DNA of 64,000 bases from positions 1 to 64,000 of IMG/VR virus record IMGVR_UViG_3300042991_000780, one strand, 5' to 3'. The translations under genes were made by a program, and so were the position numbers. The notes beneath the pieces were generated by a model. It saw only the letters and a program-made list of their open reading frames with translations. It made no database searches and was not told the DNA's origin. The DNA is from a virus. Of the stretch, positions 36,874-46,420 are shown one piece after another (the stretch's first letter is position 1; each line of letters begins with the position of its first letter).

Positions 36874-36885
36874 GTTCAAAGAACA
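36874..36885 (-). promoter_or_regulatory. boxA-like antitermination element (other copies at 36563-36571, 35980-35988, 35153-35161)
   Basis: TGTTCTTTGAAC just downstream of the predicted transcription start; GTTCTTTGA, GTTCATTGA and GTTCTTTAA recur along the operon. Confidence 0.55.
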
Positions 36886-36904
36886 TTTTGTCATTCAGAC
36901 GTTG

Positions 36905-36936
36905 CAAATATAAAACACCTTTTTTAATTGTGCAAG
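36905..36936 (-). promoter_or_regulatory. Bacteroidota-type promoter of the ncRNA operon
   Basis: CTTG (36936-36933), 20 nt spacer, TATATTTG (36912-36905), an exact TAnnTTTG match. Confidence 0.7.
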
Positions 36937-37041
36937 CATTTTATAAAATATTTTCTAAAAAAATTAAAATATTTTTATCTGCACGTCTGGAATAATAAAT
37001 ACGATGATATTTCAAAAAAGTTATAAAAAAGTATAAAAAAA

Positions 37042-38949
37042 TTAATCTTTTTTCATAATATCCTGACTCTTAGCATTTTTGCGGATATGTTCAAGTACAC
37101 TTAAAACATTACTATTATCACTTTCAAGACTATCTGGATCAGTTAAAATAATTTTATTTTCTTTTGGTAATTGTGGTTTTTCTTCTTCAATTATGATAAG
37201 ATCATCAGTTTTTACCACTGGAATTTCACCAGTAAGTTCAGTTTTTGTCTCACCACTCTCGCCATTCCAGTCAAAATAATCACCACTTGGTTTAATATTT
37301 TCATTATTGGTCATTATAATCGGTTGTAATGTTTCGGGAATTTCTGAGACATTACCTGTAACAATAAGTGGTTCTTTTTCAACCTTTGGTACTTCAACGT
37401 ATTCCCTATTCCACGCTGCCTTAAATTCCTCAAGTTCATTTTTCTTTTCAATTATAACATCATCATTAACATTATCCAGATGATCCGCATATTTTTCCGA
37501 TATGACTTGAGCAATTTTTTGTTGCGATGATACTTTATTTGCAATATCTTCAATATTTTCAACATCAGTAGTCTTAATACCAGTTGTTTTAATTGGATAC
37601 CTTTCATCTTCAATAACAATTTCCATTGTATCATTATTGAACCTACTATCCCTAAAAGTTTGACCATCTTGTGCAAATCTTGCTTTTATTATTCTGATGT
37701 TTGCAAGACCTGCTTCTTTCTGATCTGCAGTTTTTGCAACTGACATAAAGAAGTGTGCTTTTTGAACACGTTTAATGCTACCACCAGTTTGGTATGCTTC
37801 AACATATTCTGAATCAAATCCACTTCTGTTTGTCTGTATTGCAGTCCATGCCGGAATGTTAAAATCGGCAGCAAGTGCTTCAAACGATTTAATAACCTGA
37901 AGTTCTGCTTCCGTTCTATCAGTTGTTTTCTTATTTGATTCAAGACAATCAAGATAATCAACAATAAGCATATCAAACTTAAAACCCCATTTTTTCTCGT
38001 AACGAATCATCCAGTTCCTAATGTCAGTCATTGTTGTATTTTCCTGACTAAACTTCTTTATTACAAGATGTCCCTTACCATTTAATTTTTGTTTCTTTTG
38101 TTCAACTTTCTCAGCAACTTCGCTTAGATGTTCATCCATTTTACTTAATTGAACACCAGTCCATATGGTAAAATGTTTTCTCTGTATTTGTTCTATCGTA
38201 TCCTCAAAAACTATTTGTGCAACATTTTTCCCGGCAAAATCATATGCAGTATTTGCAATTTTGGTAAGCATCGTAGTTTTCCCAACCCCGGATGGTGTTA
38301 ATATAACACCAATTTCACCCTTACCAAGACCACCATCAGTTACAATATCAATAACACGAATACCTGTTGGTATTGTCTGACGGAATTCTTTTCTCAATAC
38401 TCTATCGATGTTATCAATTACTTCAGTTCCAAAATCTTCTTCTTCTCCAATATGTGATATTTTCAGTAGTTTTTCATCAATCTCACCAAGTACATGTTTT
38501 TTTCGTATTTCTCCAGTTTTTGTTTTATCAATTATAAATTCAGCAAATTTTCTCCATTCTTGTTGTTTAATGAATGTTGTTGTTGTCTTTCGAATAGCCT
38601 CACCGTCATAATCAAGTTCCTTGTTAATGATTCGTTCATTCCATAATTGAACTTTCTTTATTACGGCAAATAACGATTCTTCCTCAATCTGATTGTTGGG
38701 TGCTTTAAATTGATTGATTGCTTGTTGAATACTTTGATTCTGTAAATTTGGTACTTTACCAAATTCTTTATAATACTCCAATATTATAATGAAGAGTCTC
38801 CTATAATTTGGATCATCAAAATATTCAACAGATAAATTAGATAATGTTTTTTCGGCAAACTCTGGTTCGACAAGCAATTGCCACATAAGACGCAATTGAA
38901 ATTCCGGTCCGAGATATGCCGTAAATGTATTTTCTGTAACTTCTGCCAT
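37042..38949 (-). CDS. dnaB: Replicative DnaB/gp41-like helicase
   Basis: Walker A TPSGVGKTT, Walker B LIVDYLD, WTAIQTNR, and IIKARF arginine finger; acidic C-terminal extension. Confidence 0.9.
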   Translation of the reverse strand: MAEVTENTFTAYLGPEFQLRLMWQLLVEPEFAEKTLSNLSVEYFDDPNYRRLFIIILEYYKEFGKVPNLQNQSIQQAINQFKAPNNQIEEESLFAVIKKVQLWNERIINKELDYDGEAIRKTTTTFIKQQEWRKFAEFIIDKTKTGEIRKKHVLGEIDEKLLKISHIGEEEDFGTEVIDNIDRVLRKEFRQTIPTGIRVIDIVTDGGLGKGEIGVILTPSGVGKTTMLTKIANTAYDFAGKNVAQIVFEDTIEQIQRKHFTIWTGVQLSKMDEHLSEVAEKVEQKKQKLNGKGHLVIKKFSQENTTMTDIRNWMIRYEKKWGFKFDMLIVDYLDCLESNKKTTDRTEAELQVIKSFEALAADFNIPAWTAIQTNRSGFDSEYVEAYQTGGSIKRVQKAHFFMSVAKTADQKEAGLANIRIIKARFAQDGQTFRDSRFNNDTMEIVIEDERYPIKTTGIKTTDVENIEDIANKVSSQQKIAQVISEKYADHLDNVNDDVIIEKKNELEEFKAAWNREYVEVPKVEKEPLIVTGNVSEIPETLQPIIMTNNENIKPSGDYFDWNGESGETKTELTGEIPVVKTDDLIIIEEEKPQLPKENKIILTDPDSLESDNSNVLSVLEHIRKNAKSQDIMKKD

Positions 38950-39053
38950 TTTAAAATTTTCTTATAAAAAGGCAGTTGTTGCTATATATGAAATATGAAA
39001 ATGAAGTATCAAAAACAAAGATTCACGCAACAACCGCCCAATATCAAACAGAC

Positions 39054-39656
39054 TTAGTTTTTCCTAAGTCTTCTCAACATCTCTTCTCTCTTAGCCGGAG
39101 AAAGTTCTCTGATCTGATTAATGGATAAACCTTTAATATTAATCAAATCATAATCGTCCCACATGTTTTTAATATCGTTCCTTTTAATAAGATTGAAAAT
39201 GTTATCAGCAACATCAACAACAGCATTAACCATATCGGCAGAAAATTTTGCAACCGGATTAAATCCGTCAACATAAAACATTCTTTCAACAATTGGTTTA
39301 TCATTAATATAAAAACCAATTTTACATTCAACACCCCTAATTGTTTTATCTTCAATTTGTTGTACGATTGGTGTTGGATTATAATACATTTCTTTTCTCC
39401 ACTCCTGCGGATATTTGCTAATCATCTTCTGATTATGTTGAAAAAAATCGAGTTCATTTGAAAACTGAGTTTCATATGATCGCTTCGATAATACCTTTTG
39501 TATTCTGGTGATTGCTTTTGGAAGAATTTCTCTTATGTCAATTGAATACCTTGTGAAAGGATTAAACTGATCGGCACTAAACACTTTTTCACACATCAAC
39601 GTATTTTCCTGATATAGTGAAAACCTAAACATGTTATTAAATTCTTTCTCGTTCAT
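39054..39656 (-). CDS. Hypothetical protein in replication module
   Basis: 200 aa ORF; upstream TATATTTG promoter box at 39691-39698. Confidence 0.75.
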   Translation of the reverse strand: MNEKEFNNMFRFSLYQENTLMCEKVFSADQFNPFTRYSIDIREILPKAITRIQKVLSKRSYETQFSNELDFFQHNQKMISKYPQEWRKEMYYNPTPIVQQIEDKTIRGVECKIGFYINDKPIVERMFYVDGFNPVAKFSADMVNAVVDVADNIFNLIKRNDIKNMWDDYDLINIKGLSINQIRELSPAKREEMLRRLRKN

Positions 39657-39727
39657 ATAATTTTTTTTAAATTGTTAAATCGTATCAATACAAATATAAA
39701 TAGAATCCGGGTAACGTAAAAGAGTTT

Positions 39728-40780
39728 TTATAAATATTGTTTACTATTTTTATAATACTCTTTATATAAGTCTCTTTCACGACTCACAACAGTGAAAAAT
39801 GGATCAACATATTGCACATATGTGCTTCCATAAATTGATAAAAAGTCATCTTCTCTCATCATAGGCAACAAGTTTTTACCACCCCTGTTTTTAATATCCA
39901 ATGGAACATCAAGATCAGATAATGCTGAAACTGCTTGTTCATTAAGCATTGGTTCTCTTAAATTCACCAGTTTGTAATTGGTTTTTAGTCTTTCAATATT
40001 GCCCAATAAGTTTTCAAACGCTTTTAATGGTTTTAGTTTCTTGCTTACCCTTTCCTTATTAATTTGATCCGCTTTTCCACAAACTTCTCTAACTGTAAGA
40101 TGTTTGAATTTCAATTCCGGGAAGTGTTCCAGTAATGTTTTTTCTTTTATCCCACCAACACCTTTTATATTATCAGATGTGTCACCACATATTATTTTCA
40201 ATATTAATGCATTTGAATAGTGATGATCAAAATACATCATATAATTTGTTTTGGTAACTGGTTGGTCAAGATTTGGAAATATAATCGTAATATTTAAATC
40301 CAGAAGTTGTGCAAAATCCCTATCGTTAGAATATAGAAAGATTTCTTCTTTATTGTTATATTTCAAACAATATGCTGCAATAATATCATCGGCTTCAATA
40401 TCGTCAATTTCAATTTGTCTGAAATATAATTCTTCAGCATATGCTTGAATTCTAAGTCTTTGTTTTAAAATAGATTCTTCTTTCTCTCTTTCTCTGCGTA
40501 TTTCAGCAGCAGTCATTTCAATTCTTCTATACCATTCTTTATTTTTTCGATTGGCTTTGTATTCTTTATCAATATAATGACGCATAACACCCCCACCTTC
40601 GCCATCCCAGACCAATACAACCTTATTAATCATATGATCTTTAATTAACTTACGAATGGTTGTCATAAAAGAATAAAGTCCACCTATATGTCCATATTTA
40701 GACGTATAGGTGTCCTTTGCTCCGTGAAATGAACGTTGCAAGAGATAAGAAGAATCTACCAACAAAGTTCTGATTTTCAT
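39728..40780 (-). CDS. 5'-3' exonuclease / flap endonuclease (Pol I N-terminal, T4 RNase H-like)
   Basis: LLVDSS, VWDG, YKANR, EADDII, SNDRDFAQL and GDTSDNIKGVGGIKEKT motifs. Confidence 0.92.
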   Translation of the reverse strand: MKIRTLLVDSSYLLQRSFHGAKDTYTSKYGHIGGLYSFMTTIRKLIKDHMINKVVLVWDGEGGGVMRHYIDKEYKANRKNKEWYRRIEMTAAEIRREREKEESILKQRLRIQAYAEELYFRQIEIDDIEADDIIAAYCLKYNNKEEIFLYSNDRDFAQLLDLNITIIFPNLDQPVTKTNYMMYFDHHYSNALILKIICGDTSDNIKGVGGIKEKTLLEHFPELKFKHLTVREVCGKADQINKERVSKKLKPLKAFENLLGNIERLKTNYKLVNLREPMLNEQAVSALSDLDVPLDIKNRGGKNLLPMMREDDFLSIYGSTYVQYVDPFFTVVSRERDLYKEYYKNSKQYL

Positions 40781-40783
40781 AAA

Positions 40784-41908
40784 TTAATTGATTTCTTCAA
40801 GAAGGTCTTGTGTGTTATATTCTTCTTCGTTGCTTTCTTCGGTATATTCAACATCATCAATGTTACCACCACCCAATATTTCCATAAACATATCAGCATG
40901 TTCCTTAAAATACTGCTTTGCAAGTACATCTTTGGGTGAATCTGGAATGAATCCATGTGGTGTGGCAATAAGTTTCGTATTTAATGATATACCAGTAACA
41001 TGGTTTTTTGCAATATTAACCTTAGTTCTTGTTGCATATGTTACTTCTACACCGTTTTTTTTAACCTTTAGTTTTGAAATACCTGAATTGGTAACATTTC
41101 CGAAAACAACCTGTATTGTTGAATTGAATGGAATTGTATCACCACCTTTTGCAGCAATCTTTGGTAAGCCTCTAAATACTTCCGGTTTCCTAACCCAAAC
41201 CTGACAAATGATTGCCATGTAATTATTGTGTGGATAACCATCTTTTTTGCACATATTAAGTTTGGGAATTAAATTCTTTCCGAATACCCTTGATATTGCA
41301 CCAGCATCCCATTCATTATTCTGACTATCACTTGTGAAACTTAAATTAGATTGTATTGTACCAATACTATCAATTAAAATACATAGATCACGCTGTAACT
41401 TTCCGTCTGCTTGGAGTTTAAATAATTGACTTATTTTATCTCCCATTTCTTCAATAGTATTAAACCTTGACCTGTCGATGAATAAGAAATCACCCTTATA
41501 TTCGATCATACCAGTTTCTTCATCAACTTCTTCGGTAAATTCAATACCCATTGTTTTTAAATGCTCCCAAGCAAATTTTAACTCAGTAATAATAAACACA
41601 GGTAAAACATTATCAGGTGATTGCTGACATGAATATGCTATTTCATATAAAAGTGTACTTTTTCCACTATCTGTATGCCCAATGATATTCATCATTTCAT
41701 TTGCGGGAATTCCGGGCAATCCAGTTGCCTTACAAAATGCACTTTGACCCAATACATTTGTTATTGGTAGCCATTTCCTTGGTTTAAATTTAACTGTTGC
41801 ATCAAACTTATAATCCTTTTTAAAATTTTCTAACGAAAATTCTTTTTTTGCTATTGGTTTCCTTGCTGGATTTGCAGGAACTTCATTATCTGTAACATTC
41901 TTTGCCAT
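40784..41908 (-). CDS. recA: RecA/UvsX-like recombinase
   Basis: Walker A GHTDSGKST, ILIDSIG, ICQVW, KGGDTIPF and KNHV motifs. Confidence 0.85.
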   Translation of the reverse strand: MAKNVTDNEVPANPARKPIAKKEFSLENFKKDYKFDATVKFKPRKWLPITNVLGQSAFCKATGLPGIPANEMMNIIGHTDSGKSTLLYEIAYSCQQSPDNVLPVFIITELKFAWEHLKTMGIEFTEEVDEETGMIEYKGDFLFIDRSRFNTIEEMGDKISQLFKLQADGKLQRDLCILIDSIGTIQSNLSFTSDSQNNEWDAGAISRVFGKNLIPKLNMCKKDGYPHNNYMAIICQVWVRKPEVFRGLPKIAAKGGDTIPFNSTIQVVFGNVTNSGISKLKVKKNGVEVTYATRTKVNIAKNHVTGISLNTKLIATPHGFIPDSPKDVLAKQYFKEHADMFMEILGGGNIDDVEYTEESNEEEYNTQDLLEEIN

Positions 41909-41928
41909 AATATTTTTATTTTTTTGTT

Positions 41929-41957
41929 AAAAAAGGGGGACGAGAATCCCCCTTTTA
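41929..41957 (-). terminator. Intrinsic terminator
   Basis: AAAAGGGGGA/TCCCCCTTTT stem after the SSB gene. Confidence 0.75.
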
Positions 41958-41973
41958 GTTAATTACCAATACC

Positions 41974-43206
41974 TTAGAAGGGTAAATCGTCATAGTTGTC
42001 ATCACCTGAACTTTCCGGTTCTGGTTCGGATTGTGTTGCTGGTTGTGATGATGTCATAACCGATGCATGACTCATATCAACAGCATCATCCTTATAAGTA
42101 CCAACGTTTTGTTCAGTAATATTACTGATTGTAACACGTGGGTATTCTTCATCAATAAGATCAGATGCCTGTTCAAATTCTTCTTCACCATCAGCATCAA
42201 GATTACGCTTGCGTGTATTTGCTGCTTCTTCCAGTTCTGGATTGCCCGGAAATACCCAATGCTTGTTGTTTGCATCGCTATCATCCCAATAAGGATTATT
42301 GCCATTTGCAACCATATCAAGGAATTGATATGCATCAATACCGGGTGCTTTCTTAGGTGGATACACATCTCTCCAAGTTGTGTCATCTTCAAGCCAAGTC
42401 CTAACAACAGCAGGGTCATCATGAAGTTTTGACTTACCACTAAACATAATTGCAGATATTGTCTTGTAAGTTGTGTTCTTCCAAGGCGTATCTGTCATAA
42501 GAATGTTTAAATCAGTACCGTTCTCAGGATGTGAGAAGTCGGCTTGTTGAGTACTCATGTACTGTTCCAAGATTGGAAGTAACTTGTCGAGAGTACCTTG
42601 ATTCTTGAAATTGTGTTTAAATCTCCAGAATTTAACACCGTCTTTCATTTCACCCTTATCGATACCACGAACAATGTAGAATTTTTTTGCTTCCCAAGTG
42701 TTTGCTTCCAAGAAAATTTCCTTATTTTTTTCGAAAATTTTCAATTCATCAGCATTGAGAGATTCTTTCTTCCTACCTTTTAATGCAGGATTCTGTTGTA
42801 CAAGAATTTTCTTTGCTTTGGCACATAACGGACATGGTGCTGGAATCATGATCGGCTGACCATTCGTATCCAAATACGGCTGACCTTTAGTATCCAATTT
42901 CTTTACTTTTGGATCATTGTGTGCCGGACAATAAATAATTGTTCCGTGTTTCTTCTTACCACCAGTAGTGGTTGTAGGAACAACATGGAAGAATGCTTCC
43001 TCAATGTGTTTCTTTCCGGGTTTTGGGGGTAAAATTCTGAAGATTTCTTTGTTGTTGCGGGGAACAAAATACTTAGATAAAATTTCCTCACGTGATTTTC
43101 TTCTCGATGACTGTGCTTGTGATTTTTTTGCGAAGTCAGAGAACATTCTTTTCAAATTTGACAAATCTCCACCTTGTGGGTTTGTCATTTCATTTTGGTT
43201 TTCCAT
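41974..43206 (-). CDS. gp32-like single-stranded DNA-binding protein
   Basis: FRILPP, YCP...PCPLC zinc site, G.K.WRF and GTDL motifs; acidic tail ending DDLPF; adjacent to the recombinase and exonuclease. Confidence 0.75.
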   Translation of the reverse strand: MENQNEMTNPQGGDLSNLKRMFSDFAKKSQAQSSRRKSREEILSKYFVPRNNKEIFRILPPKPGKKHIEEAFFHVVPTTTTGGKKKHGTIIYCPAHNDPKVKKLDTKGQPYLDTNGQPIMIPAPCPLCAKAKKILVQQNPALKGRKKESLNADELKIFEKNKEIFLEANTWEAKKFYIVRGIDKGEMKDGVKFWRFKHNFKNQGTLDKLLPILEQYMSTQQADFSHPENGTDLNILMTDTPWKNTTYKTISAIMFSGKSKLHDDPAVVRTWLEDDTTWRDVYPPKKAPGIDAYQFLDMVANGNNPYWDDSDANNKHWVFPGNPELEEAANTRKRNLDADGEEEFEQASDLIDEEYPRVTISNITEQNVGTYKDDAVDMSHASVMTSSQPATQSEPEPESSGDDNYDDLPF

Positions 43207-43325
43207 TTCAATTAAAATTTCAATAAAATTATTTTTTTCAATTATAAAAATTGCAATACAAAAATACAGTGCATTTTATATAAATACAAGGATTTTTAAA
43301 AATAAACTCAGTGATTTTATCAACA

Positions 43326-44774
43326 TTATGGTTTTAATATACCATCAGAAACTACTGTAAATGAAAGGGTTTGTTTATTTTCATAATAATTTCCGTTTTT
43401 CATTCTTATTTGTAGAAAATAATCTTGAGGTATTAACCATGATGTGTCAAGGGTGAATTCATAACCCTTATTTGTCCTGTCAACAGGGGTAAACGGTATA
43501 ACATCAATCTCATATTTCTTGCCAAGTGTTGTGAATAATCGATATTCAATATCCAAAGGTAAGAAATTATTCTGATTTGCATACAATTCTTTGATTGTTA
43601 ACTTAATCTTTCTGATATTCCCGGCAGTAATATTTTCTTTTTCACCTATTCCCCAGAAATAAAAGAAATAATTATCAAACTCAATCTGATTTGAATTATC
43701 AAAAGTGTAATACTTGTCAGATGATATTAAATAGAACTGACCAGTATATGTTGTTGGTCTACCGTTAATTGTTACATTCCAAGTATCTTCAAATATTATG
43801 GCATCATTAAGTAATTTACCTTCATATATCTCAGAATCAACCTGATAATTAATATAATATACACCCTTTGAAACACCTGTAATATCAGTGATTGTGTCAA
43901 CCAATGTACCTTGATTATCACGTATTTCAACGCTATCAACAGTAATATTAAAGTCTGCTGAGTTGCCAACATTCACATATAGATATAATCTATTTTCTTT
44001 ATCCAAGTAGAAATAGTTTCGATCATCAACAATAGTGTCATCAATTATTGTTTCAATATAAGGTTCATACCAAGTATTTGTATTTTTAGCATGAAATGCG
44101 ACAGATTGTCTATATTCCGTTTTACCGGATTCAATATATTCAGCAAATTTAATTCCTAAACCAAATGAATTACCAGTATATGCTGTTGTTCCAGTATAAT
44201 CATCACCAAATAATCTTTGATTAATATAATCAGTTATATCAATTTCAATATTTTCATTACCCTTTTCAAATGTTTGACCGGATATTATGATTTGAGTTCC
44301 GCCAGTGTATGCACCCTCGTTAGTCCAAGGCGTATTTGTTTTTCTATCAAACCAGTTTGAAGGTGGATCAATAATGTTGTTGCTTACTACATCAACATAA
44401 GGATATACGGTATCATTGAATATAAAATCATATCCACTACCTTCATCCCAATCCTCATCGATATTAAACAGGTCTAATTCGAAACTGCTTGCTCTTTCTA
44501 TATTTACAGAATATGATTTTCTTCCAAGATATTGCGGAGCATAACTAATTGTGTTGGTCATATGCAATACGTGCCTAACAATACGATTAGGGTTAATAAA
44601 CCCATCCTCAATCCTTTTCTTCAATTCACTTAGTTCAACGTCAAAGATAAATCTGCTTGGCTGTTTGTTTAACGTGCCATAAGATATCTCAGTCACTGGA
44701 TTTTGTGAATTGTTGGTAAGGTTGTTGCTTATCAACGTATTGTTTTTTGAAAAGTATGACCTAAAAACTGACAT
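43326..44774 (-). CDS. Putative virion structural protein
   Basis: 482 aa, beta-rich; SRFIFD, WDEGSG and IEIDITDY motifs; several TGxT sites; upstream GTATTTATA motif at 44787-44795. Confidence 0.6.
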   Translation of the reverse strand: MSVFRSYFSKNNTLISNNLTNNSQNPVTEISYGTLNKQPSRFIFDVELSELKKRIEDGFINPNRIVRHVLHMTNTISYAPQYLGRKSYSVNIERASSFELDLFNIDEDWDEGSGYDFIFNDTVYPYVDVVSNNIIDPPSNWFDRKTNTPWTNEGAYTGGTQIIISGQTFEKGNENIEIDITDYINQRLFGDDYTGTTAYTGNSFGLGIKFAEYIESGKTEYRQSVAFHAKNTNTWYEPYIETIIDDTIVDDRNYFYLDKENRLYLYVNVGNSADFNITVDSVEIRDNQGTLVDTITDITGVSKGVYYINYQVDSEIYEGKLLNDAIIFEDTWNVTINGRPTTYTGQFYLISSDKYYTFDNSNQIEFDNYFFYFWGIGEKENITAGNIRKIKLTIKELYANQNNFLPLDIEYRLFTTLGKKYEIDVIPFTPVDRTNKGYEFTLDTSWLIPQDYFLQIRMKNGNYYENKQTLSFTVVSDGILKP

Positions 44775-44804
44775 CTTCTATTTTAATATAAATACCTAAC
44801 AAAC

Positions 44805-44833
44805 AAAAAAGACTACCAGTTCGATAGTCTTTT
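44805..44833 (-). terminator. Intrinsic terminator
   Basis: AAAAGACTA/TAGTCTTTT stem plus a T-run. Confidence 0.65.
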
Positions 44834-44863
44834 ATTGTTAAATTCAATCATTATTTTTTCAGT

Positions 44864-46408
44864 TTACTTCTCAGAACCCTTAAATTGTTTCCAAAGTTCG
44901 AAGTATTCATCTTTTTCGTCATCACTTAAATTATCAAAATCTTTTTGAGAGTATTCCATATACTTATTATGTGCATCTTTGTCTTCATATCCAGTTTCTG
45001 CTGCAGCATAATCAAATTCTTCACCAACATTTTTTGGTTCATACCCAAGAAGGACATCAGTTAATTCATTATCAACAGCCTTGTCATCCATTTTTTCAGC
45101 ATCTGCTGTTTGTACACCCTGTTCAACCTGATCAGCATATGGATCAAATGACATACCATCGTCTTCTTTTAGTTTAATCTTCTTTGATTTACGTTTTTTC
45201 TTTTGTCTGGGATATTTGGCTTTATCGGGTTCAAATTCTTTTCCCATTCCTTCCGGGTAACTGTAACTACTATCTTCACTTTCATTTAAATGTGTTAATC
45301 CAAAATAATCAAAAAACATTGCAACAGCAACTTCTTTAATTCTTGCTTTATATGCTAAAGGTTCTTGAAATTTTCTCATTTCCCAATCCTCAGTATTATC
45401 AACAAATTTCTGTGCAGCAAGAACAATTGCTTTTTTTCTTTCTGATTCATCAGGTAACATATCATATTGTTTTCCAATTGATTTTTCAACACCTGCTGCT
45501 TCAACGTTTTCTTCGAATTTCATTCCTTTTTCTTTCACAAGTTTATTGGCTTCGATCATAACTTCATTGTGAGTCGGAGAATAGTTTGGATTTCTTGGTG
45601 ATTTGTTCTTTGCGACAAGATTATCGTATGCCTGATATATCAAATCCACCTTTTCTTGTGATAATTCACCAGAATCATCATCGTCATCTTCTTCATCAGG
45701 AACATTCTTATCTGATGCTGGTAAAATTTGAACTGGACGACCAGTATTATACCTACTTAATGCACCTGCTTCAGTATCAAAACTATCCCACATTTCTTCA
45801 TTCACAAATTTTTCCAATTCATCTGCTTTTACTCTCACATCTGCATTTGTTGGTTTTTCATCAGCATATTGCTTATGTGTTTGCATTTGTTCAGAACCTG
45901 CCTTGTATGGTATCTTATCGATCAAACCAATAGCATCTTCATATAATGATGTATTTACTGGTTCTTCTTCTTCAACATCAACATATCCATCAACAAGATC
46001 AAACATTTCATTTTCATGCTGTTGATTGAAATTAACAAGTCCATGTTCATCCATTTCAACAGATTCTTCTGTATCTACGGCATCAAATGAAAATGCAAAT
46101 AATTCCACATTACTGATTTCGTGAACACCTTCCTGATCACCTTCCTGACTATCCACTTTGAAAGTAAATGTTACATTATTACCTTCTCTGTCAGTACGAA
46201 CTAATACAACATATGTCTGATCGCCATTAACTTCAACTCTGTTTTCTTCTTCTTTAAGTCTGCCGTTTTTTAAATCATCAAATGCAACATCCAAAACTTT
46301 TTTTGGATTTAGGTTTAATCCAAAATCTTCATTTAATTTAACTTTATTGACCTTCTGAAAAACTTCAACAAGTCTTTCTTTGCTACCTATGTCTTTATAA
46401 ACTTTCAT
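44864..46408 (-). CDS. Acidic hypothetical protein (possible internal head protein)
   Basis: 514 aa, very E/D-rich; several L/I/V-x-E sites; N-terminus shared with 46421..46867. Confidence 0.7.
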   Translation of the reverse strand: MKVYKDIGSKERLVEVFQKVNKVKLNEDFGLNLNPKKVLDVAFDDLKNGRLKEEENRVEVNGDQTYVVLVRTDREGNNVTFTFKVDSQEGDQEGVHEISNVELFAFSFDAVDTEESVEMDEHGLVNFNQQHENEMFDLVDGYVDVEEEEPVNTSLYEDAIGLIDKIPYKAGSEQMQTHKQYADEKPTNADVRVKADELEKFVNEEMWDSFDTEAGALSRYNTGRPVQILPASDKNVPDEEDDDDDSGELSQEKVDLIYQAYDNLVAKNKSPRNPNYSPTHNEVMIEANKLVKEKGMKFEENVEAAGVEKSIGKQYDMLPDESERKKAIVLAAQKFVDNTEDWEMRKFQEPLAYKARIKEVAVAMFFDYFGLTHLNESEDSSYSYPEGMGKEFEPDKAKYPRQKKKRKSKKIKLKEDDGMSFDPYADQVEQGVQTADAEKMDDKAVDNELTDVLLGYEPKNVGEEFDYAAAETGYEDKDAHNKYMEYSQKDFDNLSDDEKDEYFELWKQFKGSEK

Positions 46409-46420
46409 GTTTTTAATTAT

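Noticed and set aside
37042-37560. Intein or extra domain in the helicase
   Set aside because: The extra length is a low-complexity acidic C-terminal tail without splicing motifs.
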